A stretch of 64,000 bases of DNA from an uncultured bacterium (GCA_963827235.1 CAWHAE010000017.1:64001-128000); one strand, 5' to 3'. Counted from the first letter of the stretch, positions 52,671 to 63,458 are shown. The notes: generated by a model not told the origin, from the sequence alone. Program-made: numbers and translations.

Positions 52671-53681
52671 ATGGAGTTTCGCGATTACTATGCCGTGCTG
52701 GGCGTGCCCAAGACGGCCTCGGAAAAAGAGATCCGGTCCGCGTTCAGAAAGCTGGCGCGCCAGCATCATCCCGATGTGAACCCGGGCAACGACGCCGCCG
52801 AGGCGCGCTTCAAGCAGATCAACGAGGCGAACGAGGTCCTCTCCGATCGCAATAAGCGCGCCGTCTATGACGCGCTGGGACCTCGCTGGAAGGAATACGA
52901 GCAGTATCAGGCTGCCGGCGGCACTGCCACGCCTGCCGAATTCGCACAGGCGACGGCAGAGCCTGCCCGGGCCGAAAGCGGTCCCGGCCAGACCGCGCGC
53001 GCCGGGCGGGGCCGCACACAGCCGACCCCAGAGGACCTGCGGGACCTCTTCGGCCAGGACAGCCCATACTCCGACTTCTTCCAGTCGGTCTTCGGCGACA
53101 CCCATGCCGCCGGCGCCACCGGCAGGCAGGCGAAGGGCGCCGACGCCCAGGTGGAAGTAGGCGTAACCCTCGAAGAGGCGTTCCGCGGCACGACCAGGCA
53201 CCTGCAGTTCGTCGATCCCTCGGGCGCCACACGCACGATCGAAGCACGCGTACCGCCAGGCGTGCGCGAGGGGTCGAGCATCCGCCTGCGCGGACAGGGA
53301 GGTGGAGGCCAGCATGGAGGCCCGGCCGGCGACCTCTACCTCAAGGTCTCGGTGGAGGCACACCCCCGCTTCACGCGGGACGGCGACGACCTGCGCCGGG
53401 AAGAACCCGTGGATCTCTATACCTGCGTGCTCGGCGGTGAGATCTATCTCGAAACGATCAAGGGCACCAGGCTTTCGGTACGCATCCCCGCTGAAACGCA
53501 GAATGGGAAGGTCATCCGGCTCAAAGGACAGGGCATGCCCCATCTCAAGCATCCGGGAGTTACCGGCGATCTCTATATCGTCGTGAAGGTCGTGCTGCCC
53601 GTGCACCTCAGCCAGGAGGAGCGTGACGTGTTTGGCCGCCTGGCGAAGCTGCGGGCAAGCACGGTGGGAGGGCATGCCTGA
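52671..53681 (+). CDS. cbpA: Class B J-domain protein (CbpA-like, no zinc finger)
   Basis: DYYAVLGV, HHPDVN, GDLYL, RLKGQGMP; no CxxCxGxG. Confidence 0.88.
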   Translation: MEFRDYYAVLGVPKTASEKEIRSAFRKLARQHHPDVNPGNDAAEARFKQINEANEVLSDRNKRAVYDALGPRWKEYEQYQAAGGTATPAEFAQATAEPARAESGPGQTARAGRGRTQPTPEDLRDLFGQDSPYSDFFQSVFGDTHAAGATGRQAKGADAQVEVGVTLEEAFRGTTRHLQFVDPSGATRTIEARVPPGVREGSSIRLRGQGGGGQHGGPAGDLYLKVSVEAHPRFTRDGDDLRREEPVDLYTCVLGGEIYLETIKGTRLSVRIPAETQNGKVIRLKGQGMPHLKHPGVTGDLYIVVKVVLPVHLSQEERDVFGRLAKLRASTVGGHA

Positions 53682-53956
53682 TGCCGCTCATCTACTATCG
53701 TGTCGAGGTTGTCCGCGAGCTGCTCGATCTCTCGCGCCCCCAGTTGCGCCGCTACCTGCAAGCCGGCCTGATCGCGGCCAGCGCCGAGCCCGAGAGGCCA
53801 GGCGGGCCGCGCCGCTTTACCGAGGAAGACGTGCGGCGCGCGCGGCGCATCCGGCGCCTCGAGCGGGACCTCGGCCTCAACCTTGCAGGGCTCGAGGTCG
53901 TGACGCGACTCGTCGATCAAATCGAGGCATTGCAGCGGCAGCTAGCTGAGCGTTAG
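53681..53956 (+). CDS. CbpM/HspR-like MerR-fold chaperone modulator
   Basis: LRRYLQAGLI...FTEEDVRRARRIRRLERDLGLNLAG; directly after cbpA. Confidence 0.8.
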   Translation: MPLIYYRVEVVRELLDLSRPQLRRYLQAGLIAASAEPERPGGPRRFTEEDVRRARRIRRLERDLGLNLAGLEVVTRLVDQIEALQRQLAER

Positions 53957-54030
53957 CGGCGCCGCAGAACGGCCGGCTGCTTGCGCCGTTGGGCGAGTCG
54001 CCCTGTATTCGACGCCGGCAGTCAATGTCA

Positions 54031-54110
54031 TCAATATCCTCATCAAAACAGACACAGTCTGGCGCATTCACATACTTATAATCTTAGGAAATTAAGACTA
54101 TACTGTAAGC
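54031..54110 (+). promoter_or_regulatory. Possible degenerate 13th module copy (boxes present, core promoter poor)
   Basis: TCAATATCCTCA (54031) and TAAT-CTTAGGAAATTAAGACTA-TAC (54079-54103) at module spacing, but TGTAAG in place of TTGAC. Confidence 0.35.
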
Positions 54111-54213
54111 GTGCTGATCCGGGATGCGACGTCGATGGACCAGCAGCCGGCACGAGGGAGTGTTGGCAAACGTGCGGCGGTGCCAGGCTGAGAAGGAAAC
54201 GACGGTCGACGAC

Positions 54214-55425
54214 ATGAGGCGCCTCAATCCAGAACATCCTGCTCGTGCGGTGTTTGGAGGCAAGCATTTGTCGCGAGTGCCAGTGCGACGGCTCGGGGCG
54301 ATCCTCGCCGGCCTCCTTCTGCTGTGGCCGGGGTTACCTGCGCGGGCCGCGCCCCGTGACACCGGCACGTCATTGTGGCGTGCCGGAGCGCTTCTTCCCG
54401 CCGCGGCCGACGGACTATCGGCAGTGCGTCTAGGCGACGGATCGATCGTGGTCGCCGGTGGCGAAGCAGCCAATGCCACGCATACCGGCATGGCCGCGCT
54501 GCTCTCGCCGGGAGCAGCGAGCTGGACGCGATTGCCGAATGCGCCAATCGACCTTGACACCCCCGCCGCGCTGGCCCTCAACCTTGAGTCGGTCATGGTC
54601 GTCGCACCATCCTACGCCAGCGGCATCCTGGCGGCGCCAAGCAAAGCGCTGCTGCTCGACGTGCTCCACCGCACCTGGACCGCGCTGCCCGATGTACCGG
54701 TACCGCTGCTCAGACCTGCTCTCTACCGGCTCGACACGACACGGGTCATTGCAGTGGGAGCGGTGGGCGACTCGGTGGGAGCAGTCTTTGATCTCAGTGC
54801 GGGGCGATGGACGGTGGTCGGCGCTCCGTTGCCCAGCCTTGCGGGCTACTCGACGGTCATGCTGCCCGGTCGAGGCATGATGATGCTGATCACGGTGGCC
54901 ATTGACGGCCACCTTCAGCCCTATCCCGTTCGGCGTGCCGTTCTCCTGAACAGCAGCCTCAACTGGGCGCCGCTGGCGCCGCCTCCGTTCACCGCCGACG
55001 GCGCGGCGGCGGTGCTGCTCGACGCGAACCGCGTCCTGTTTTCGGGCGGGCTTCCCATCGCGGGCGACCCCGGCGCGCAGGCGCCGCCGCCCCTGCTCTA
55101 CACTCCTTCGACCAATGCCTGGGTCGTCGCCGGCGGCACCGGTCAGAACCACCTGGGTGGCTCGCTGGTTGGGCTGGGCTTCGGACGCGCGCTCCTCGTC
55201 GGCGGTCACTCGGCATTGGGCGCACCGACGATGGAGTGCCTTCTGTTCGGCGGCCTGACCTGGGCTCCAGCCGCACCACTGCCCGGCCCATGGGCCGGCT
55301 TCGCCGTGGTCGCGGTCGACGACCGGCATGTTCTGCTCGTCGGCGGAGACCGGTCGGGACCGACCACGACGGGACCCGTGGCCGACACCGTTGAATGGTC
55401 GCTGGATGCGGCAACCGCGGCATAG
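54214..55425 (+). CDS. Secreted Kelch-like beta-propeller protein
   Basis: Signal peptide (..LPARA), repeated (V/L)-x-GG motifs and W-terminated blades. Confidence 0.8.
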   Translation: MRRLNPEHPARAVFGGKHLSRVPVRRLGAILAGLLLLWPGLPARAAPRDTGTSLWRAGALLPAAADGLSAVRLGDGSIVVAGGEAANATHTGMAALLSPGAASWTRLPNAPIDLDTPAALALNLESVMVVAPSYASGILAAPSKALLLDVLHRTWTALPDVPVPLLRPALYRLDTTRVIAVGAVGDSVGAVFDLSAGRWTVVGAPLPSLAGYSTVMLPGRGMMMLITVAIDGHLQPYPVRRAVLLNSSLNWAPLAPPPFTADGAAAVLLDANRVLFSGGLPIAGDPGAQAPPPLLYTPSTNAWVVAGGTGQNHLGGSLVGLGFGRALLVGGHSALGAPTMECLLFGGLTWAPAAPLPGPWAGFAVVAVDDRHVLLVGGDRSGPTTTGPVADTVEWSLDAATAA

Positions 55426-55624
55426 CGTGCTTCGTTTCTTGCCCAGGTCCTGATACCTCCGCCGGGAGATCAATAGCAAAGTGCGCACAGGTTCAGCTGG
55501 CGGCGGTATGCGGACTGGCCAGGGTGGGGATCACGCGCGATTGGCGCAGCATGAGTGCCGTCACGACGACCTGCCGGCCCTCGCATGCGGCAGCCCATGC
55601 GAATGCGCCGACGCTGCATTGATT

Positions 55625-55727
55625 TGAATATGTTAAGAGTAAATCCCCGCGATACCGCGAATTCATCTAGATATAGTCGGAGTTAGCTCATGATAAGCTT
55701 GACTTTGGCCGCCAGGAAGCCCATAGT
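55625..55727 (+). promoter_or_regulatory. Conserved regulon promoter module, copy P11
   Basis: Distal TGAATATGTTAA (55625); proximal TAGT-CGGAGTTAGCTCATGATA; TTGACT 55699; 17 nt ending GCC; CATAGT 55722. Confidence 0.75.
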
Positions 55728-55790
55728 GGGATGCAGGCGGACTCGGCTCTGGCATGTCGAAGTACTGAGCACGCCGTTGGGAGGGAAAGC

Positions 55791-55991
55791 ATGGTGCTTC
55801 ACGGCCGCAAGGAACTCTTCTTCCTGGCCTGTACCGGAACCCTGCTGTGTGCAGTGCATGGCGTCCTCAATCTTGGCGACATCGAGCCGTTCCATGAGAG
55901 GCACATCGGCTTGGCTCTCGCCTTTTTCGTGCTGGCGGCGATCATGCTGGTGGGGGCGAGCATGGCCCGTCTGTCGCAAGTCCGGACCTGA
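55791..55991 (+). CDS. Small two-TM membrane protein
   Basis: GGGAGGG RBS; two hydrophobic helices; directly downstream of P11. Confidence 0.6.
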   Translation: MVLHGRKELFFLACTGTLLCAVHGVLNLGDIEPFHERHIGLALAFFVLAAIMLVGASMARLSQVRT

Positions 55992-56298
55992 GGTCATCGC
56001 TTGCGTTGCGGGCACAGATGGCTGGCGCACGCATCGGCCTGCATGAATGCCAGAACAAGTGCGAACGTGCCTTGGGGCCAGGAGAGAGTCGAGGTGCAGC
56101 CGGCAGGGCTGCAGGGATTCGGAACCGGGCTGGTATGGTAACACGCGAAGTCGAACCCCGCTGGCGGGATGCTCGCAGGAGTGGCACGGCGCCTTCGCAG
56201 CACTCCGTACCGGCCGTAGCCATCTTCGCAATCATCTCCATTGTTCGCCCCCTGTGCGGAGTGCGGTTGACAGATTGCAGCCGCGGAAGGAGTCGACC

Positions 56299-59200
56299 GT
56301 GAACCGTATACGCGTGCTCATCACGTTGTTCGTCATGCTGGGCCTGCTTACCTCCGTGGCAGGTAAGCCGGTCAGTCCGAATGCACACGCTACCGCACCG
56401 CCGGCGCTCGCGGTCTCGCCCAACGCTCTAGTTGCCGGCACTACCAGCAGTCTCACCGTGCACGGCAGCAGCTTCACCCCCAATAGCCGGGTGACCCTGC
56501 ACTATGACACCGGAAAGACCCTGAGCATCGCGACCGCGGCAGCCGACGGTACCTTTACAGCGACCGTGACGATCGCCGCCGCCGCCGTGCCGTACAGCGC
56601 GATCGGTCAGCACCGGCTGCAGGCGACCGATGCCGCGGGCCTCGGCGCGTCCGCGCCTCTGGCAATCGTGGGCCTGCGCATCTCCACGCCGATGGCACCG
56701 CCGGAAGCACAGATCACAATCGGCGGCGCGGGCTTCCTACCCAACCAGCCGATCGTGGTTCACCTGGGCGACCAGGTCGTGTTGACCGGCAGAACAGATC
56801 GGTCCGGGGGATTCGCCGACAGGCCGATCACCATCCCGGCTGGGTTGGCCGGTACACTGCCGCTGGAGGTGGACAGCGAGCCGGCACGCACGGCATCGGG
56901 GGCTGCAGGCGGGCTGACGGCTCGCATCACCTTCGCGGTCACCCGTGCCACCCTGACGCTCGATCCTACAGTGGTCTCCGCCGGCAAGGCCATTGCCGTC
57001 CGTGGCAGCGGATTTGCCGCACATGCCGCGCTCCGGCTGGCCCTCGGCTCGCTCCCCCTCGGCGCCGTGAGCACTGAAGCCAGCGGTGCCTTTGGGCCGG
57101 CATCCTTTATCGTCCCGGCCACCATCGCCGCGGGCCGGCACACGGTCGGGATCACCGACCGCGGTGGACACACGCTGGCCAGTGCCGTCGTGACGGTGCA
57201 AGCCGCCATCCATGCGGCAGCGGCCACGCCCAGGCCCACCGAGACTGTCGCTGCCACGGCATCCGGTACCGCGTCGCCGATCGCCACGCACACGGCGGCA
57301 CCGTCCGCGACGCGTACGCCGATGCCGGTGGCGACTCTCACGAAGGTACCGACTGCCTCGCCGACCCATACCGCTGTATCGACCGCTACTGTGACGCACA
57401 CGGCAGTACCTTCCGCGACACATACGCCGGTGCCGGTGGCGACCCGCACTGCCGTACCGACCCCCTCGCCGACCCTGGTGCCGGCCACCATCGCGGTGAC
57501 TCCAGGCATGGTGCCGGCCGGCGGTACCGTCAGGCTCAGCGGCGCGCGCTACCAACCCGGCGAACCGATCGATATCCAGCTTGGCGCCTCGACGGGCGCC
57601 GGTGTTCTCCACCTGGCATATGCAACTGCGAACAGCGCTGGCAACTTTCAATTGAGCGGAGTGACCATTCCAGCTACCACGCCCGCCGGAGTCTATCAGA
57701 TCGCGGCAATCGGCCTGCGCAGTACCCGCAGCGCTCGGGCCTCGCTCCAGGTCAGCGTGCCGCAGGCGACGCTCAGGGTGCAGCCCACCACGTTCGCGCC
57801 CCAGGCCAACATCCAGGTCGCCGGCACCAACTTCCTGCCCGGCGAGCCCGTGAGCCTCATCCTGAGCACCCATGCCGGCACCGCCGCGGTGGTGCTCGGC
57901 CAGGTCGTGGCCAATGGCACAGGCGCCTTCGGTTTCATCACGTTGCACGTGCCCTTCGGCGTGCCTGCCGGCTCACTGCAGGTGGTGGCCAGCGGGCTGC
58001 GCTCGAATCGCCAGGTGGTCGTCGCCGTCACGGTGCAGGCGCGGGAGCCTGTACTCGCCAGCTCGGCTGCCGACCTCAAGCCGACCGAGCGGCTAACGCT
58101 CACCGGCAGCCACTTCCAGCCGGGGGAGATAGTGACCGTCGATTTGGTGGCACTCTCCTTCGACACCCGCCTGGGCGCCATCCAGGTCTCCAGCGCCGGT
58201 ACCTTCACCCTCGCCAACGTCGCCGTTCCACCGAACACTCCACAGGGCAGCGCGAGCCTCGTGGCTACCGGCATCAGCAGCCACTTGAGCGCCGCGGTGC
58301 AAGTCCGCGTGGGCGCGCTGCCTGCCACCCTGACGGTTGCTCCCACCAGACTGACTGCCGGCGCCTCCCTGAGTCTGGCCGCTCGGGGCTTCATCGCAGG
58401 CGAGACCCTCGTGGTGCAGTTGGTCGGCGGTCCGCTCCGCCTGACCCTGGCGAGCGCGGTTGCCGGCACCACTGGGACACTGGCTCTCGCCAGGCTCACC
58501 ATCCCGGCCTTCGTGCCCGCCGGCGCCTACACGCTCGTCGCCTCCGGTCAGACCAGCGGGCGCTCGACGTCGACCAGGCTCACCGTTCTTGCGCCTCCGC
58601 CCTCCGCCCCGATTCTCAGCATTCTCTCGCCGGCGAGCGGCAGGCCCGTCCGGCTCAGCCCCGGTAGCCTGGTGCAGCTCGCCGGGAGTCACTTCCCGGG
58701 GAACGCCAGAGTCGCCATGGTGCTGGCCGGGGGCGGCAGGAGCATCAGCCTTGGCGTGGTGCGGATCGCTGGATCCGGCACCTTCGGACCGGTGGGGCTG
58801 ACAATACCGGCAAACACCCCGGCTGGACCGTACAACCTGGGGGCACAGATCGGCGGCCATACCGTCGCCGACGTCGCGGTGCAGATGGCCAGGCTGAGTC
58901 CCACACTGGTCGTGGCCCCCGCCACGGTGAAACCGGGTACGACTGTAATCATCCGCGGCAGCGGCTTCGCTCTGGGTGAGCAGGTGGTACTGGCGCTCAA
59001 CGGGGCGGCGCTGGCGACCGTGCCGACCACGGTGTTGGCTAACGGCAGCGGCGGCTTCCTGGTGACCGCGGTGGTGCCTGGCACGGTGAATGACGGTTCC
59101 AACATCCTCACCGCCGTCGGGGTGAGCAGCCGCGCCGGCGGGGCGGTGACCCTACAGGGCACACTGCCGGTAGCAAGCCGCTGGTACCTGCCGGATGGCG

Positions 59201-60423
59201 ACACCACCGGCGACCATCGCACCGTCCTGGCTCTCCTCAATCCGAGCGATGGCACGGCCAAGGTTACGCTGACCTTCCTCTACCAGAACGCCCCGGAGCG
59301 GCATGCCGCGCTGCAGGTAGCGGCTCATGCCCGGGCTTCGGTGGATCTCGCCCTGGTGGCGGGAGCCGGCCGGATCATTTCCACGATCGTGGAGGCCGAT
59401 CGCCAGATCGGCGCCGACAGTACGATCAGCTACGGTGACGGCGATACGAGCACCGCGATCGGCGCCTCTGCGCCGGCCACTCGCTGGTATCTGGCGGAGG
59501 GTTTCACAGGCAATAGCTTCCACGAGTCGCTAGCGATCATGAATCCCAATACCAGCTACGCGATTGTCGACGTGCGCTTCCTGCCCTTCAACGGGCGGCC
59601 ACCGCGGGAGGTGCGCTACTTGGTGTTGCCGCGCGCCAACATCCAGATTGACGTGGGCCAGTACATGCCGGGCCTATCGGTCAGCGCCATCGTGACCGCC
59701 GACAAGGGTGTGGTGGTCGAGCGCAGCATGCGCTTTGGTGTGGGCCGGCGCGGCGCGCACGACCAGGTCGGGGTGACCAGCGCTTCCACTGTCTGGCTCT
59801 TCGCCCAGGGCGATACCAGCTCCGGCCGGCAGACCTTCCTGACCATCCTGAACCCGAACCAGGCCACGCTCGCAGCGGTGACCGCGACCTTCTTCGGCAC
59901 AAATGGCCGCCCGGTTGGCGCCGCGACCATCGTGGTCGACCCGCTGCGGCGCGGCAATATCAAGGTCAACGATGTGCTTCCGAATGCGGCCGCGGCGGTG
60001 GTCGTCACCAGCAATGTGCCGGTGGTAGTCGAGAGTCCGCAGTACGAGGGTCCGGCCGACCTGAACCGGGCTCTGTCGGGCACCGACGTCTTCGGCGAGA
60101 ACGGCGGCGCTACATCCTGGCTGTTCCCCGGGGGCAGCATCGGCACCGGCAGTCAGGAGCTGCTGTACGTGTTCAACCCCGGTCTCAAGCCGGTGCAGAT
60201 CCGCATCACCCTGTATGCCGCTACCGGCGCCTCCGTGCAGCGCACCTTCGCAGTCGCGGCGAACAGCCGCGGCAGCCTGGACCTTTCCAGCATCGGTGGT
60301 CTGCCCGCCGGCCCGGTCGGTGTCCGGCTTCAGAGCACCAACGGGCAAGTATTCGTCGCCGAGCGTGGCGAGATGAACCACGCGCTTCGGACTGCCAGCA
60401 GCAGCCAGGGCATCGCCCGGTAG
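56299..60423 (+). CDS. Large secreted surface protein: Ig-like repeats, Thr/Pro linker, DUF5719-like C-terminal repeats
   Basis: AAGGAG RBS + GTG; signal peptide; repeated G-x-x-F-x-(P/A)-(G/N)-E modules; THTAVPSAT linker; W(Y/L)(L/F)(A/P)(E/Q/D)G...NP repeats. Confidence 0.85.
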   Translation: MNRIRVLITLFVMLGLLTSVAGKPVSPNAHATAPPALAVSPNALVAGTTSSLTVHGSSFTPNSRVTLHYDTGKTLSIATAAADGTFTATVTIAAAAVPYSAIGQHRLQATDAAGLGASAPLAIVGLRISTPMAPPEAQITIGGAGFLPNQPIVVHLGDQVVLTGRTDRSGGFADRPITIPAGLAGTLPLEVDSEPARTASGAAGGLTARITFAVTRATLTLDPTVVSAGKAIAVRGSGFAAHAALRLALGSLPLGAVSTEASGAFGPASFIVPATIAAGRHTVGITDRGGHTLASAVVTVQAAIHAAAATPRPTETVAATASGTASPIATHTAAPSATRTPMPVATLTKVPTASPTHTAVSTATVTHTAVPSATHTPVPVATRTAVPTPSPTLVPATIAVTPGMVPAGGTVRLSGARYQPGEPIDIQLGASTGAGVLHLAYATANSAGNFQLSGVTIPATTPAGVYQIAAIGLRSTRSARASLQVSVPQATLRVQPTTFAPQANIQVAGTNFLPGEPVSLILSTHAGTAAVVLGQVVANGTGAFGFITLHVPFGVPAGSLQVVASGLRSNRQVVVAVTVQAREPVLASSAADLKPTERLTLTGSHFQPGEIVTVDLVALSFDTRLGAIQVSSAGTFTLANVAVPPNTPQGSASLVATGISSHLSAAVQVRVGALPATLTVAPTRLTAGASLSLAARGFIAGETLVVQLVGGPLRLTLASAVAGTTGTLALARLTIPAFVPAGAYTLVASGQTSGRSTSTRLTVLAPPPSAPILSILSPASGRPVRLSPGSLVQLAGSHFPGNARVAMVLAGGGRSISLGVVRIAGSGTFGPVGLTIPANTPAGPYNLGAQIGGHTVADVAVQMARLSPTLVVAPATVKPGTTVIIRGSGFALGEQVVLALNGAALATVPTTVLANGSGGFLVTAVVPGTVNDGSNILTAVGVSSRAGGAVTLQGTLPVASRWYLPDGDTTGDHRTVLALLNPSDGTAKVTLTFLYQNAPERHAALQVAAHARASVDLALVAGAGRIISTIVEADRQIGADSTISYGDGDTSTAIGASAPATRWYLAEGFTGNSFHESLAIMNPNTSYAIVDVRFLPFNGRPPREVRYLVLPRANIQIDVGQYMPGLSVSAIVTADKGVVVERSMRFGVGRRGAHDQVGVTSASTVWLFAQGDTSSGRQTFLTILNPNQATLAAVTATFFGTNGRPVGAATIVVDPLRRGNIKVNDVLPNAAAAVVVTSNVPVVVESPQYEGPADLNRALSGTDVFGENGGATSWLFPGGSIGTGSQELLYVFNPGLKPVQIRITLYAATGASVQRTFAVAANSRGSLDLSSIGGLPAGPVGVRLQSTNGQVFVAERGEMNHALRTASSSQGIAR

Positions 60424-60633
60424 GCTGCCTGCGGGAGAAGCAGCTTGAGGGCCGCCGCGATACTCAGCGCGACGGCCCTTCTGCCTGTAGTGAGCGCTTC
60501 GCCGCGGAGTCGAGGCCGCGCGCAGGTTGAGCCTCGATGTAGTGGCGGTGAGAGTCAACCTGCGTCAACGCCTCTCCATGTCGGTCCACGCTGGCAGCGC
60601 CGGACGCAGCCCCTACCACCTACCGACCGACGA

Positions 60634-63180
60634 TCAACGCTGCCACAGGATGCGAGCGGATTCCAAGGGAACGGCAACGCCGTCGTAGAGCGGTATCACG
60701 CGCGCTGTATAATCCCCCGGTGGACGGGCCGCGGGTACAGACGCGCTGTACAGGTGGCCGCCCGGCACGCCGTCCAGTTGGCCGACGCGCCGCATCTCGT
60801 GCCGCACGGGAGCACTTCCGCCGACGCCGTCGCAATACAGCTCTACTCGCACTGCCTTCGGATCCAGCTCATGCAGATAGACCTCAACCTCAAAGTCATG
60901 CTGCTGCCCGCTGGTCGAAGCTTTCACGTTACCGAAGCGCAACATGGGCCAAGCCTTATCCAGAGCATACTGCCAGTCGACCACACGCCTGCCCACAGCG
61001 CCGTTGTCTGCCGCACGCGCACGGTAGCTTGCCGCGGCCGGGAGGTAATGCTGCTCGGTATAGTCGCGTTCACATCGACTTGCGGCAAAGAGCGGCGTCA
61101 GGCGCGTCATGCTTTCGCGCATCCGCGCAACCCAGGCGGCAGGAATGCCCTGGGCGTCGCGGGCATAGAACTCCGGAATCACCTCGCGCTCGAGCAGGTC
61201 ATACAGGGCTTCCGCTTCGGCCGCGTCCGACGCCGGATCGTCACCATGTTCCCGGCCATCGCCGAGCGCCCAGCCAACCTCAGGCGAATAGGCTTCCGCC
61301 CACCAGCCGTCGAGCACCGACAGATTGATACCGCCATTGACGAGCACTTTCATGCCGCTCGTCCCGCACGCTTCCCAGGGCCGGCGCGGCGTGTTGATCC
61401 AGACGTCTACGCCCTGTACAAGGCGCTCCGTCAGCAGCATGTCGTAATCACTCAGGAAGATCGCGTGAGGGCGTACGTCAGGTTGCCGGATGAACTGTAT
61501 CCACGCCTTGATGAGGTCCTGGCCCGCCTGGTCCGCTGGATGTGCCTTTCCGGCGATGATCAGCTGCACCGGACGCTGGGCATTGGTCAAGAGACGAAGC
61601 AGCCTCTGAGGGTCATGCAGGAGCAAGTCGGGTCGCTTGTAGGTCGCGAAGCGGCGCGCAAAGCCGAGCGTGAGGATGTTGGGACTGAAGAGACGCCTCG
61701 CGGCTTCGACCTCTTCGGGAGGAGCGCCGGCCGCGGTAAGGTCCAGAACCAGCCGTTCGCGGGCATAGTCCACGAGTGCCCTGCTCGCGGCCGTGCGAAA
61801 GCGCCAGAGCTGGGCATCGGAGACCCGGTGAATGTTCTGCTCCAAAGGTTGCGCGGTTCCCAGCCAGCGGTCCTTGCCACAGCTTTCCGTCCACAAATCG
61901 TCGGCAGGAGCCGAATCCCAGGTGGGCACGTGCACCCCGTTGGTCACGTGCCCGATCGGGACATCGTCCTCCGGCCAGCGGGGATACAGTGGCAGAAAGA
62001 GTCTCCGACTTACTGCCCCGTGCAAGCGGCTTACCCCGTTCACTGCCCCGCTGCCGCGGATTGCCAGATACGCCATGTTGAACTGCTCCAATGAGTCGGT
62101 CGCACTCTGGCGGCCGAGAGCCAGCAGGGCATCGAGTGCAATGCCAAGCTTCTCTTCGGCATAGCCGCCAAGGTATTGCTCGATGAGGGCGGGACTAAAG
62201 CGGTCGAAGCCAGCGGCCACTGCCGTATGCGTGGTGAAGAGATTGCCGGCTCGTGTGACCGCCAGCGCGACGTCGAACGGCTGTCCCGTCTCGTCCATGA
62301 AGTCGCGGGCACGTTCCAGGATAGCGAACGCCGCGTGCCCTTCATTGAGATGGCAGACCTCCGGTCGGAGCCCGAGGGCGCGGAGCAACCGCCAGCCGCC
62401 GATGCCGAGGAGCATCTCCTGTTTGAGGCGCAGCTCCGGCCCGCCGCCATAGAGCTCGCTGGTGATGCCCCGATGAGTGGGATAATTCGCCGCATCGTTG
62501 CTGTCCAGCAGGTAGAGCTTTATCCTGCCAACCTGGACCTGCCAGGCACGCAGCCAGACTGAGTAGCCGGGCAACGCGATCTCCAGGCGCAACCACTCCC
62601 CATCTGGTTGACGCAACGGTGTAATCGGCAGCTGTCCGGGGTCGTTGTACGGGAAGAGGGCCTGTTGCGCTCCATCCTTGTCGATCATCTGGCGGAAATA
62701 GCCCTGTTGGTAAAGCAATCCCACGCCAACTACCGGCACACCCAGATCGCTGGCCGCCTTGAGCTGATCGCCAGCCACGTTACCTAGCCCACCGGAGTAG
62801 ATGGGCAGCGCTTCGCTCAGCATGAACTCCATGCTGAAATACGCGACGCAGGTCAGGAGGTTCTCCGCGTGATTCTGCTGAAACCACGCGGGTGTTGCCG
62901 CTGCCTGGCGGCTGGCTGCGACCAGGCCGTCGACGTTCTTGCGGAAATCGGGATCGGTGAGCACGCGCTCGATCCGGTCGCGCGACACCGCCTGCAGCAC
63001 GACCCAGGGGTTATGCGTGATCTCCCACAGATCGGGATCGAGCTGCCGCCACACGTCGTCGGTGGCATGATTCCACGACCAATGCATGTCCAGGGCGAGC
63101 TCCGCCAGGGAATCGAACCCCTCGATTTCGGTGGGAAGCAGGTTGTAGATCGGGTGGCTGACACGGGATTGTTTGCTCAC
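60634..63180 (-). CDS. glgP: Alpha-glucan (glycogen/maltodextrin) phosphorylase
   Basis: AYFSMEF, YSGGLG, HLNEGH, FTTHT, NGVSRLH, FARRFATYKR, EACGTSGMK. Confidence 0.97.
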   Translation of the reverse strand: MSKQSRVSHPIYNLLPTEIEGFDSLAELALDMHWSWNHATDDVWRQLDPDLWEITHNPWVVLQAVSRDRIERVLTDPDFRKNVDGLVAASRQAAATPAWFQQNHAENLLTCVAYFSMEFMLSEALPIYSGGLGNVAGDQLKAASDLGVPVVGVGLLYQQGYFRQMIDKDGAQQALFPYNDPGQLPITPLRQPDGEWLRLEIALPGYSVWLRAWQVQVGRIKLYLLDSNDAANYPTHRGITSELYGGGPELRLKQEMLLGIGGWRLLRALGLRPEVCHLNEGHAAFAILERARDFMDETGQPFDVALAVTRAGNLFTTHTAVAAGFDRFSPALIEQYLGGYAEEKLGIALDALLALGRQSATDSLEQFNMAYLAIRGSGAVNGVSRLHGAVSRRLFLPLYPRWPEDDVPIGHVTNGVHVPTWDSAPADDLWTESCGKDRWLGTAQPLEQNIHRVSDAQLWRFRTAASRALVDYARERLVLDLTAAGAPPEEVEAARRLFSPNILTLGFARRFATYKRPDLLLHDPQRLLRLLTNAQRPVQLIIAGKAHPADQAGQDLIKAWIQFIRQPDVRPHAIFLSDYDMLLTERLVQGVDVWINTPRRPWEACGTSGMKVLVNGGINLSVLDGWWAEAYSPEVGWALGDGREHGDDPASDAAEAEALYDLLEREVIPEFYARDAQGIPAAWVARMRESMTRLTPLFAASRCERDYTEQHYLPAAASYRARAADNGAVGRRVVDWQYALDKAWPMLRFGNVKASTSGQQHDFEVEVYLHELDPKAVRVELYCDGVGGSAPVRHEMRRVGQLDGVPGGHLYSASVPAARPPGDYTARVIPLYDGVAVPLESARILWQR

Positions 63181-63458
63181 GATTTCTCCCTCGGATCATG
63201 CGTGACCGGGCCATCGCCCGCGACGTCCATTCAATCGCCTCATGCACGACCAGGTGCTCTCCGGATATCACCTCGGCAGACGGCTGGGGCGGTTTCACCC
63301 ACGGCTGCGAGTACCACGAAAGCCACGGTGTCCGACCAAGCCACGGCAGAATGGCGATACCACCAGCGGTTTGACGCCATCACTGCCCGCCACCCAATGC
63401 GAGGGCTGATGTGCGCTGCCGGTCATGTGCCAGGGTCGGTCACGGGCTGACTATATTA

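Noticed and set aside
57230-57480. Tandem DNA repeats in the large surface gene
   Set aside because: Explained by a Thr/Pro/Ala coding linker.
10992-62094. Long antisense ORFs (e.g. 10992-12551, 18430-20271, 47167-49512, 51333-53675, 60445-62094)
   Set aside because: Shadow frames opposite well-supported GC-rich genes, with no recognisable motifs.
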